64,000 nucleotides of DNA from Myxococcales bacterium (GTDB lineage: Bacteria > Myxococcota_A > Polyangia > JAAYKL01): the NCBI GenBank assembly GCA_012522445.1, contig JAAYKL010000053.1:1960-65959 (forward strand). The letters are read 5' to 3'. Below are positions 55,705-64,000 of this stretch, one piece after another. Each line of letters starts with the position of its first letter. Position 1 is the stretch's first letter. A program made the translations under genes and the position numbers. The notes beneath the pieces were generated by a model. That model saw only the letters and a list, made by a program, of their open reading frames with translations, was not told the DNA's origin and made no database searches.

Positions 55705-58697
55705 CAGTTCACCTCCTGAAAGAGCAATGGCGTGCGCCAGGCGCGTTTCAATTCTGCGATGTCGGCATCGATGAGCACCTCGCCATCAAGGCCGCGCATG
55801 ACGACTTGGCGCGCTTCGGTTACCAGGCCAACGCGGGTGGCATAGGGCTTCATGAGGGTCTCGAATGCCGCGGCAGACGCCGGAGAGACCGTCACCAGCA
55901 GGCGCCCGGGGGTCTCGGCATAGAGCAGCTCTTCGCAGCAGGAGATGCCTTCGGCCGGTACATCAGCCAGGTTCACCGACAACCCCAAGTCGCCCGCAAA
56001 GGCTGTCTCGGCAACCGCCACCGCCAGCCCGCCGTCCGATAAGTCGTGGCAGGAGGCCACCAGGCGCGATTTGATGGCGCGGTGCAGCCAAACATAGGAC
56101 TCGTAAGTGCCTTCGGGATCGCGCAGGCGGGGCACCTGGCCGCCCTTCCGGCCCAGCATAGAGAAGTACTGCGTGGCCCCCATGTCGCAATGCGTCGTCC
56201 CCACGATGTACACCAAGTCGCCCGCTTGCTTGGCGTCCATCGTCACGGCAACGCGCACGTCGTCGAGTTGCCCCACCGCTGACACCAGCAGCGTGGGCGG
56301 AATGGAGATGCGGGTGTCGCCGATGGCGTAGTCGTTTTTCATGCTGTCCTTACCGGACACCAGCGGCATGCGGTAGGTGATGCAGACATCTTTGAGGGCC
56401 TTGGCCGAGCGCACGAGCTGGGCCAGTTTGTAATCGCCATCGGGGTTGGTGGGGCTCTTCACCGGATCGCACCAGCAGAAGTTGTCGAGGGCCGCCACCC
56501 GAGTGGGATCGGCGCCCACGCACACCAAGTTGCGCATGGCTTCATCCACCGCGCAGGCGGTCATGTGGTAGGTGTCGATGTCGGAGTAGGTCGGGCAGAT
56601 ACCGTGGGACACCGCCACGCCGCGCATGGAGTCGAGCAGGGGGCGCATCACGGCAGCATCGGAGGGGCCATCATCGTGAGCGCCGCAGAGCGGTTTGACC
56701 ACGGAGCCCCCCAGCACCTCGTGGTCGTATTGGCGCACCCAGTACTCTTTGGAGCAGATGTCGAGGCGGCCGAGCATGCGCAGCAGCACTTCATCGGGGG
56801 GCGCATCGGTGCGGGCGTCGACCGGGGATTCGTCGGACGGGGTCCAGTTCGCTTCCAGCTCCATTTGGGGCACGCCGTTGTGGAGAAAGTCCATATCGAA
56901 CAGCGCCACGGGGCGGCCTTCGTAATGCAGCTCTAGGTACGGTCCTTCGGTGTATTCGCCGAGATCCGTCGCCTCCACCGCCATCTCCTTGGCCAGCGAC
57001 AAAAAACGCGGCAGGTGCTCGGGGGGCACGGCAGCGGTCATGCGCTCTTGGGCCTCGGAGACAAAAATTTCCCAGGGGTGCAAGCCGGGGTACTTCAGCG
57101 GTGCCAGAGCCAAGTCGATGCACGCCCCGCCCGAGTCTTCGGCCATCTCGCCGACGGAGGAGGCCAGGCCACCCGCGCCATTATCGGTCAAGCAACTCAT
57201 GAGCCCTTCGTCGCGGGCCTTGAGCAGGAAATCGACCATGCGTTTTTGCGTAATGGGATCGCCGATTTGTACCGTCGTGGCCGGGGAGCCCTCGTGCAAT
57301 TCTTCGGAGGAAAACGTCGCCCCGTGAATCCCGTCTTTGCCGATGCGCCCTCCCACCATCAGGACGCGGTCGCCAGCGTTGGCCTTTTTTTCGTGGCCGG
57401 GTTTGTCGTTGATGACAGCGGGCATCAACCCACCGGCGCCGCAAAAGACCAAGGGCTTGCCCAAGAAGCGCTCGTCGAAGACCAGCGAGCCGTTGACGGT
57501 TGGTGCGCCGCTCTTGCCGCCGCCGTGTTCCACGCCCGCCCGCACCCCTTCCAGCACGCGCCGCGGGTGCAACAATCGCGGGGGGAGTTCTTGGTCGTAA
57601 AACGGATCGGCCAAGCAAAACACGTTGGTGTTGCAAAACAAGTGCGCGCCCTGTCCGGTCCCCAGCGCGTCTCTGTTGACACCGACCACGCCGGTCATGG
57701 CCCCGCCATACGGGTCGAGGGCCGACGGTGAGTTGTGGGTTTCGGCCTTGAACACCAGGTTCCAGTCGTCGGTAAACTTCCACACGCCCGCGTTGTCTTG
57801 AAACACCGACAAGCAGTAGTCCTCGCTGCCCAGCCGCGTGCGCACTTGGTGGGTCGTCTCTTTCACGTAGGACTTGTAAATGGAGTCGATAATCTCGGGC
57901 TCGGGCTGGTCGCTATTTTCTTTGTAAGCGATGCGGGCGTTGAAGATTTTGTGCTTGCAGTGCTCCGACCAGGTTTGCGCGAACACCTCTACCTCGACGT
58001 CGGTGGGTTGGGGCGTCAAGCCCTTGGCCGCACGTATTTCCTGCACATCGATGCGGCGATAAAATGCGCGAATGGCCTGCATCTCCGGGAGGGAGAGGGC
58101 CAGCATCATGTCCCGGCTGAGCTGGAGCAAGTCGTCGTCGGAGACCTCGAGGTCGATGGTGCGCACCTGGGGCTCAGCGTTGTCGGTCACCCGCGGCACC
58201 TCGGTGGGCAGCCCCAAGGCGGCGTCGAAGTCGGCGGCGCTGACGATGCGGTGGCGTTGGATCAAATCGTTGCACAACAGCTCGTCGGTTAGGCGGTCCA
58301 CCTGCGCGCGTTCGAGATTTGCCGCAATGAGGTATTGCCGGGCGGCGAACCAGGCGCCATCCGCGGGGAAGCGATCTCCCAGCACCAGGCGCGCGCATTC
58401 GGTGGCGGTGCGACCGGCGTTGTCGGTCACTCCGGGGCGAAATCCCACTTCTACAATCCAGTCAAAATCACTCGCAAGGGGAGCGTCTACCGACCAACGC
58501 TGCGCCACGGGATCGGCAAACTCACGGGCCAGGGCTTCCAGGTCGTCCCGGGGCAACTCCGCATCTGTGCTGTAAACATCGATGCAGCGAATTTTTTCGA
58601 TGGGGCATCCCAAGCGTTCGCGGATGTCGGACGCTACGCGTTGGCCATCTGCGTCGGTAAACTCTTGTTTTAGTTGGATTTCAATGCGGTGCGTCAT
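55704..58697 (-). CDS. purL: Phosphoribosylformylglycinamidine synthase subunit PurL with two N-terminal PurS-like modules
   Basis: 997 aa. PurL core motifs (ETHNSPSALDPYGGAMTGVVGVNRD, paired AIR-synthase-like domains). The N-terminal ~170 aa contain two PurS-like units (HRIEIQLKQEFTDADGQRV..; IVEVGFRPGVTDNAGRTA..). Confidence 0.9.
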   Translation of the reverse strand: MTHRIEIQLKQEFTDADGQRVASDIRERLGCPIEKIRCIDVYSTDAELPRDDLEALAREFADPVAQRWSVDAPLASDFDWIVEVGFRPGVTDNAGRTATECARLVLGDRFPADGAWFAARQYLIAANLERAQVDRLTDELLCNDLIQRHRIVSAADFDAALGLPTEVPRVTDNAEPQVRTIDLEVSDDDLLQLSRDMMLALSLPEMQAIRAFYRRIDVQEIRAAKGLTPQPTDVEVEVFAQTWSEHCKHKIFNARIAYKENSDQPEPEIIDSIYKSYVKETTHQVRTRLGSEDYCLSVFQDNAGVWKFTDDWNLVFKAETHNSPSALDPYGGAMTGVVGVNRDALGTGQGAHLFCNTNVFCLADPFYDQELPPRLLHPRRVLEGVRAGVEHGGGKSGAPTVNGSLVFDERFLGKPLVFCGAGGLMPAVINDKPGHEKKANAGDRVLMVGGRIGKDGIHGATFSSEELHEGSPATTVQIGDPITQKRMVDFLLKARDEGLMSCLTDNGAGGLASSVGEMAEDSGGACIDLALAPLKYPGLHPWEIFVSEAQERMTAAVPPEHLPRFLSLAKEMAVEATDLGEYTEGPYLELHYEGRPVALFDMDFLHNGVPQMELEANWTPSDESPVDARTDAPPDEVLLRMLGRLDICSKEYWVRQYDHEVLGGSVVKPLCGAHDDGPSDAAVMRPLLDSMRGVAVSHGICPTYSDIDTYHMTACAVDEAMRNLVCVGADPTRVAALDNFCWCDPVKSPTNPDGDYKLAQLVRSAKALKDVCITYRMPLVSGKDSMKNDYAIGDTRISIPPTLLVSAVGQLDDVRVAVTMDAKQAGDLVYIVGTTHCDMGATQYFSMLGRKGGQVPRLRDPEGTYESYVWLHRAIKSRLVASCHDLSDGGLAVAVAETAFAGDLGLSVNLADVPAEGISCCEELLYAETPGRLLVTVSPASAAAFETLMKPYATRVGLVTEARQVVMRGLDGEVLIDADIAELKRAWRTPLLFQEVN

Positions 58698-58750
58698 GGC
58701 ATTCTCCTACGGTAAATCACGAGGGGGCATACCATATGGCAGCCTTCTGG

Positions 58751-58770
58751 AAAAGCGCTTGCATCAAGCG
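58751..58770 (-). terminator. Possible intrinsic terminator downstream of the PC4-like gene
   Basis: Minus strand reads CGCTTG-ATG-CAAGCG followed by CTTTT. The stem is short. Confidence 0.35.
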
Positions 58771-58824
58771 GTGCAAAAAAACTGTGGTGGAAAATGTGCG
58801 GATGAAGAAATCCGCAATGGCGGG

Positions 58825-59085
58825 CTATTCTTGCGATTCCATCTCTTTTAACCCCGCTTCGAGGGCTTCGATGGCGCGCTTCAATTCGGGCATATAATCG
58901 GTCGGCAGGTACACCCCTTTTTTGGTGGGACGCCACTCGCCGCTCTGCTCGTCCATGTAGTAAATTCTGAGGTCGATATTTGTTTTGCGTTTGTACGCTT
59001 TAATGCTGGCGCGAACGATTTCGGTCGCCCCTTTTTCAAATTCCGCCACCACTTTTTCGTTATCATCGGCCATGTTGTCCTCCAA
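58825..59085 (-). CDS. PC4/YdbC-family (transcriptional coactivator p15-like) ssDNA-binding protein
   Basis: IDLRIYYMDEQSGEWRPTKKGVYLPTDYMPELKRAIEAL aligns by eye with human PC4 [35 protein letters not shown]. Start at 59085 or at MADDNEK (59073). Confidence 0.8.
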   Translation of the reverse strand: MEDNMADDNEKVVAEFEKGATEIVRASIKAYKRKTNIDLRIYYMDEQSGEWRPTKKGVYLPTDYMPELKRAIEALEAGLKEMESQE

Positions 59086-59163
59086 TGGTCGGTCGCGTCA
59101 CGACCTGGCTATCGATTCGACTTGTAGAGAATGAATCGGCGAGAATTTTAGCAATAATGAATA

Positions 59164-59200
59164 TCTAACACAATACAAATATACGATTCGTATTGTTAGA
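59164..59200 (-). other. AT-rich imperfect hairpin between recA and the PC4-like gene (terminator/attenuator or operator candidate)
   Basis: TCTAACACAATAC (59164-59176) pairs with GTATTGTTAGA (59190-59200), with a 2-nt bulge. The surrounding ~130 bp are strongly AT-rich relative to the rest of the window. Confidence 0.4.
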
Positions 59201-59214
59201 CAACCCACTCGTTG

Positions 59215-60264
59215 TTAGGCGGCCTGCTCGTCTTTTTTGTCGCCCCTCTTTTGCGGCGATCCTTTTTCAATGCTCTCGGACGCGAACAGCAATTGGCGGA
59301 TTTCGGTGGCAACCGCGGGATTGGCCTGCAAAAACTCGATGGCGTTGTCTCGCCCATTGCCCAGCCGCGTCTCGCCATAACTCAGCCAAGCGCCGGATTT
59401 GGCGAGGACCCCCGCCTCCACCCCCCAGTCGACGAGCTCGGCCTCGGGCACCACGCCGCGCCCGTAAATGATGTCGAATTCGGCGATGCGAAACGGCGGC
59501 GCCATTTTGTTTTTGATCACCCGGACCCGCGTGCGCGAACCCACGGGCTCGTCGAAATCCTTCTTTTTAATTTGGCCGATTTTTCGAATATCGATGCGCA
59601 CCGAGGCAAAGAACTTCAGGGCATTGCCGCCGGTCGTGGTCTCTGGGCTCCCAAAAGTGACGCCGATTTTTTGGCGGATTTGGTTGATAAAAATGAGCGT
59701 GGACTGCGTTTTGGAAGCCGCGCCCGTGAGCATGCGCATGGCCTGGGACATCATCCGCGCCTGCGTGCCCACATGGAAATCTCCCACTTCTCCCTCCAAC
59801 TCGGCCTTGGGCACCAGCGCCGCCACGGAGTCGATGACCACCAAATCAACGGCCTCCGACATCACCAGCGCGTGGGCGATGGCCAGGGCCTGCTCGCCGT
59901 GATCGGGTTGCGCCACCAGCAATTGGTCGACGTTGACCCCGAGCTTCTCGGCATAGGCGACGTCCAGCGCGTGCTCCGCGTCCACAAAGGCGCAGGTGCC
60001 GCCCATCTTTTGCACCTCGGCGATGGCGTGCAGCGTCAGCGTCGTCTTTCCCGATGACTCGGGGCCGTAAATTTCGATCAGACGCCCGCGGGGATAACCG
60101 CCGATGCCCAACGCGCGATCAATGGCGAGAGACCCCGAAGGAAACGACGGAATGTCCCGACCGCTGGGGCGTTCCCCCAAGCACATAACCGTGTTGCGGC
60201 CAAACTTCTTATCGATGCTCGCAATCACTCCCTGAATTTTTTTCAACGCTTCCTTGCCCGACAT
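59215..60264 (-). CDS. recA: Recombinase RecA
   Basis: Start at [22 protein letters not shown] (ATG 60262-60264). [16 protein letters not shown] Walker A and full RecA-like sequence. The ORF-track start 60342 is rejected. Confidence 0.97.
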   Translation of the reverse strand: MSGKEALKKIQGVIASIDKKFGRNTVMCLGERPSGRDIPSFPSGSLAIDRALGIGGYPRGRLIEIYGPESSGKTTLTLHAIAEVQKMGGTCAFVDAEHALDVAYAEKLGVNVDQLLVAQPDHGEQALAIAHALVMSEAVDLVVIDSVAALVPKAELEGEVGDFHVGTQARMMSQAMRMLTGAASKTQSTLIFINQIRQKIGVTFGSPETTTGGNALKFFASVRIDIRKIGQIKKKDFDEPVGSRTRVRVIKNKMAPPFRIAEFDIIYGRGVVPEAELVDWGVEAGVLAKSGAWLSYGETRLGNGRDNAIEFLQANPAVATEIRQLLFASESIEKGSPQKRGDKKDEQAA

Positions 60265-60307
60265 ACATGCCCCTTTCTGTGGTGCGCCAGCGGCGCGTTT
60301 TGGCGAC

Positions 60308-61831
60308 CTAAAGCTGGTTGCGATCCAGCGTGCGATACCCAATGGCCTCCGCGACGTGCGCCGTGGCGACTTGTTCGCTGCCGTCGAGGTCGGCGATGGT
60401 GCGGGAGACCTTTAAAATGCGCGCATAGGCGCGTGCCGACAGCCCCAGGCGCTCAATGGCTTTTTCGAGCAGCGTGCGGGTGGTGTTGTCCAGGGCGCAA
60501 TGCTGTTGGATCAGCCGCAGGTTCATCTGCCCGTTGACGCGAATTCCCGTGCCGGAGAAGCGTTCTTTTTGCACCTCTCGCGCCGCCACCACCCGCTCCC
60601 GGATCACCTCCGACGACTCGGAGGTGCGCGAGCGCGTCAGCTCCTGCACTTTCACGGCGGGCACATCGACGTGCAGGTCGATGCGGTCCAACAAGGGCCC
60701 CGAAATGCGACCGCGGTAGCGCTCCACCTGCCCTTGCCCGCAGACACAGGCGCGCTCCGGCGACCCGTGATAACCGCAGGGACAGGGGTTCATGCTGGCC
60801 ACCAAGCTGAAATTGGCGGGAAACTCCGTTTGTCCGCTGGCGCGGGAGATGACGATGCTGCCTTCCTCTAGGGGTTCGCGGAGCACCTCAAGCACGTGTC
60901 GCTTGAACTCCGGCAGCTCGTCGAGAAACAAAATGCCGTTGTGCGCCAACGACACCTCGCCCGGACGCGGCGGGTTGGATCCCCCGACGAGGCCCGCATC
61001 CGAGACCGTGTGGTGGGGCGATCGAAATGGGCGCGCGGTGACCAGCGGGCGCGCGTGGCTGGTGAGCCCGAGCACCGAATGCGCCGCCGACACCTCGAGC
61101 ATTTCTTCGAAGGACAGGGGCGGCAAAATGGTGGACAAGCGACGCGCCAACATCGTTTTGCCGGAGCCGGGCGGCCCGATCATGATGACGTTGTGTGCAC
61201 CAGCGGCCGCGACTTCGAGGGCACGGCGCGCGTTTTCCTGTCCCTTTACCTCGTTCATGTCGATGTCGGTATTGGCGACGGTCTGGGACATCTCTGTAAC
61301 GGGGTGCGCGCACAACTGCTTCTCGCCGGTCAAGTGCAACAGGGCGTCGGAGAGCGATGACACCGGCAGCACGGAGACCTCCGCGATGACAGCGGCCTCG
61401 CCAGCGTTGTCGGACGGCAATATGAGGTGGCGGACCTTTTGTTCGCGCGCCATTAGTACATAGGGCAAGGCGCCTGGCACCGCACAGCAGCGCCCGTCGA
61501 GCCCCAGTTCCCCCACCACCATGTATTGGGCCAATCGCTGGGCGTCCACCAGCCCCACACCCGCCAACACACCGAGGGCGATGGCCAGGTCAAAGGCCGA
61601 GCCGTTTTTCTTTACGTCGGCTGGCGCCAAGTTCACCGTGACCCGGCGCGGCGGCAGATCGTAACCGCAGTTTTTTAACGCGGCGAGCACCCGCACCTTT
61701 GATTCGCAGACCGCGCCTTCGGGCAAACCCACGATGGTAAAAGCCGGCAGCCCCATGGCGAGATCGACCTCGACCTGCACGGGCATGGCGCGAACCCCTG
61801 TCAGTGCTCCACACAAAACCTTGGCGTGCAT
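60308..61831 (-). CDS. comM: ComM/YifB-family Mg-chelatase-like AAA+ ATPase
   Basis: Start at [24 protein letters not shown] (ATG 61829-61831). Lon-like N-domain, [14 protein letters not shown], and C-terminal [14 protein letters not shown] motif. Confidence 0.9.
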   Translation of the reverse strand: MHAKVLCGALTGVRAMPVQVEVDLAMGLPAFTIVGLPEGAVCESKVRVLAALKNCGYDLPPRRVTVNLAPADVKKNGSAFDLAIALGVLAGVGLVDAQRLAQYMVVGELGLDGRCCAVPGALPYVLMAREQKVRHLILPSDNAGEAAVIAEVSVLPVSSLSDALLHLTGEKQLCAHPVTEMSQTVANTDIDMNEVKGQENARRALEVAAAGAHNVIMIGPPGSGKTMLARRLSTILPPLSFEEMLEVSAAHSVLGLTSHARPLVTARPFRSPHHTVSDAGLVGGSNPPRPGEVSLAHNGILFLDELPEFKRHVLEVLREPLEEGSIVISRASGQTEFPANFSLVASMNPCPCGYHGSPERACVCGQGQVERYRGRISGPLLDRIDLHVDVPAVKVQELTRSRTSESSEVIRERVVAAREVQKERFSGTGIRVNGQMNLRLIQQHCALDNTTRTLLEKAIERLGLSARAYARILKVSRTIADLDGSEQVATAHVAEAIGYRTLDRNQL

Positions 61832-62108
61832 TGGCCTTACCTCCTGCAACAATGCGGCGTGCTGCCCCCCCACGCCGACCGACAGAGCAAGAGCCGTGCC
61901 ATGACCCAAAGGCCTGTAAAACAGCGGTTTTAGCGTTTGAAGAGACCGGTGAAGAGAACGGAAAAGCCCGAAAGGCCACTCCGATGGCCACCCCCATTGG
62001 CCGCTAAAAGCGTAAATTTGGCGATACGAATAAAGCCCAGCGCTCGCTTGCGCTGCCAAACCCTTTCGCATACTATCCGCCGCAATGAAAAACGGTATAT
62101 ATACATAT

Positions 62109-63551
62109 ATGGCCCGCCTTTTTCTCCCTGTGTCGCTCGCCGCGATTTTTTGCATCGCCGGGGGATGCGTCCCCGACACCGGCGGCGTCGATCCACCCAA
62201 CGATCAACTGATCTTCCCGGTGGCCCTGGCCACCACCCGCGACGCCACACACCTACTGGTGGTCAACTCCAACTACGACCTCCGCTACAACAGCGGCACC
62301 TTGCTGATGCTGTCGCTCGCCGCCCTGGACGGCGCGGGAGACACCACCGCCGACGACGAGCGCATCACCTTTGACGAGGCCTCCGGCGTCTTCACCGTTC
62401 CGGACGCGCTATCAAAGTTCTGCACCGGCGACCGGCAAACCGACGCTTGTACCCTCGACGCATCGCGCGCCGCGCTCCCCGAAGAAACCATACGTCTGGG
62501 GGCCTACGCCAGCGATCTACAGATGACCGCGGACCAGCGCTGGGCCCTCATCCCGGTGCGTGGAGATCGCGCCATCATGGTGGTGGAGGTCGACGAGCAC
62601 GGCGACGACAAGCTGTACTGCGGCGACCAAAAGTCCGCCTGTGACGCCGCCCACCGCGTGCGCAGCAACAGCCGCGTAAACCTGCCCATCGAGCCCCTCT
62701 CCGTCGCGGCGCTCGACTACCCCATCCCCGCTTCCCCCGACGCCGCTAGCGACGACCCCAAGACCATCGAAACCTTTGGCTTCGCCACCCATCTGGCGGG
62801 CGGTGAGGTCTCCCTGTTCTCCATCGCCACAACGGAACCCGGCCAAGAGCCCGTTATCAACGCCGAGCTCATCTCGGTCATCGGCGGTGTCATCGACGGC
62901 GCCAGCGGCATCGCCACCAATCCCCTCAACCGCGACATTTATGTCGTCGGGCGGCGCGACCCCAACCCCCACGTCGCCGTCCTGCGCGTCCTGGCCGACC
63001 TCTCATCGGGCGGCAGCTACCGCAACAACCCCTGGTTCTCGCAGGCCGCCACCATCCCAGTGGCCTCGCAAATCTACGGCGGCACCGAGGCGCGCTCCAT
63101 CGCGGTCTCCCCCAAGGGCGACGAAGCGTTTTTTGTAACGCACCAACCGCCTGCCCTCATCAAGGTCAACCTCGAGACCTACGAAACCATCGACATGACC
63201 ACGGTGTGCCCCCAGCCCACCCGCGTCAAAACATGGATCGACCGCGGCGCCTCCGACGACCCCGACGACGACGTCCTCTACGCCTTTGTGCTCTGCTTCC
63301 TCACGCAGCAAATGCACATCGTCCGCACCGACGTCATGATGAACACCGTGCGCCTCACTGGACAAGGGCCGCAGGACATCGCCTTCGACCCAGTGCGCAA
63401 ACTGGCCTATGTCGCCAACTTCCGCGACTCCACCATCACCCCCTACCAGGCGTATCCGCCGTTCAATCAAATTCGCATCAAGAGCGCCAAGGACCCCGAA
63501 GATGTCCGGTGGCTCCAGTTCGGCAGTTCCCAAAGCGCGAAGGAGAAATAA
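62109..63551 (+). CDS. Lipoprotein with beta-propeller (YVTN/YncE-like) repeats
   Basis: MARLFLPVSLAAIFCIAGGC lipobox. Repeated segments of type THLLVVNSN.., RDIYVVGRR.., EAFFVTHQP.., KLAYVANFRDSTITPY. Confidence 0.7.
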   Translation: MARLFLPVSLAAIFCIAGGCVPDTGGVDPPNDQLIFPVALATTRDATHLLVVNSNYDLRYNSGTLLMLSLAALDGAGDTTADDERITFDEASGVFTVPDALSKFCTGDRQTDACTLDASRAALPEETIRLGAYASDLQMTADQRWALIPVRGDRAIMVVEVDEHGDDKLYCGDQKSACDAAHRVRSNSRVNLPIEPLSVAALDYPIPASPDAASDDPKTIETFGFATHLAGGEVSLFSIATTEPGQEPVINAELISVIGGVIDGASGIATNPLNRDIYVVGRRDPNPHVAVLRVLADLSSGGSYRNNPWFSQAATIPVASQIYGGTEARSIAVSPKGDEAFFVTHQPPALIKVNLETYETIDMTTVCPQPTRVKTWIDRGASDDPDDDVLYAFVLCFLTQQMHIVRTDVMMNTVRLTGQGPQDIAFDPVRKLAYVANFRDSTITPYQAYPPFNQIRIKSAKDPEDVRWLQFGSSQSAKEK

Positions 63552-63555
63552 CGCC

Positions 63556-64000
63556 GTGCGAAGCGCAACCCCGAACATCCTCTGGTTTTGCCTCGCGGCC
63601 CTGCTGCTGTGCGCCTGCGACGACGACGTCCCCGACGCCGTCATCCCGCAATTCAACCAACCGCAGGCCGTGGCCCTGGTTTGTTTCGACGAGAAAGACG
63701 GCCCCCAACCCATTGAAAAGTGCAGCAACACGGCGCGCACCAGCGCCGAGACCTACGCCTTTGTCACCCAGACGGTGCTCGGCGAAGTGGCCGTGGTCAA
63801 CCTCAACACCTATCGCATCGTCGACAAGGAATCGCGCATTCCCTACAACAGCTTTGTGCCGGTGGGTGGCCTACCCGTCGACATCGCGGTCTCTGCCGAT
63901 GGCCGGACCGCCTACACCGTCAACGTCGAAACCCACGACATCTCCATTATCGACACCGCCGCGGCCATCGCCGAAAAAGGCCTCAACGCGGCGCGCTCGC
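63556..64000 (+). CDS. Second lipoprotein, beta-propeller-like, N-terminal part (continues beyond window end)
   Basis: Absent from the ORF track because there is no stop in the window. GTG 63556 is preceded by an AAGGAG RBS. My translation: VRSATPNILWFCLAALLLCACDDDV...GEVAVVNLNTYRIVDK..DIAVSADGRTAYTVNVETHDISIID. Confidence 0.6.
   Translation, partial: MRSATPNILWFCLAALLLCACDDDVPDAVIPQFNQPQAVALVCFDEKDGPQPIEKCSNTARTSAETYAFVTQTVLGEVAVVNLNTYRIVDKESRIPYNSFVPVGGLPVDIAVSADGRTAYTVNVETHDISIIDTAAAIAEKGLNAARS

Noticed and set aside
60265-60307. Search for a LexA/SOS box upstream of recA
   Set aside because: Only 43 bp separate comM and recA. I saw no palindrome resembling known LexA boxes (CTGT-N8-ACAG, GAAC-N4-GTTC, TTAC-N3-GTAA or the Myxococcus-type motif).

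Overview
This is a GC-rich bacterial chromosomal segment carrying about 50 protein-coding genes, mostly housekeeping. The type IV pilus cluster, a MopE-like Asp/Cys metal-binding motif, PilZ/DUF4388/GGDEF signalling proteins and many lipoproteins with low-complexity linkers suggest a Myxococcota/Bradymonadia-like organism; this is inference only. Housekeeping genes: cysS (partial), thiD, typA, rseP-like, ettA, mnmG, cysD/cysNC, an Mrp/ApbC-type gene, an EF-G copy, bioD/bioF, purQ/purL, recA and comM. There is a complete pilM-N-O-P-Q alignment/secretin cluster, preceded by an XRE-type HTH gene and facing a FliA-type sigma factor across an AT-rich, repeat-bearing intergenic region. Glycan-related genes are scattered: a GH12 multidomain lipoprotein, a GH94 cellobiose phosphorylase and a CE2-like esterase. 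Three c-di-GMP components are present: a LacI-type sensor-GAF-GGDEF cyclase and two PilZ proteins. I saw no rRNA, tRNA, CRISPR array, transposase, integrase or recognisable defence island. No single locus is a clear-cut new system. The best candidates for undescribed biology are: (1) a PilQ secretin with a ~430-residue coiled-coil insertion; (2) a Tat-exported DUF362 protein paired with a NapH-like membrane polyferredoxin; (3) a tight minus-strand operon of small membrane protein, PilZ, CE2-like esterase and radical SAM/wHTH protein; (4) a comM-recA-PC4/YdbC-like gene string; (5) substitutions at catalytic residues in PurQ (Cys to Gly) and the GH12 domain (nucleophile Glu to Phe); and (6) a COG1579 zinc-ribbon protein fused to a histone-H1-like tail. 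All family assignments come from motif recognition by eye and no database search was run. Many long ORFs in the track are antisense shadow ORFs typical of GC-rich DNA and were rejected.
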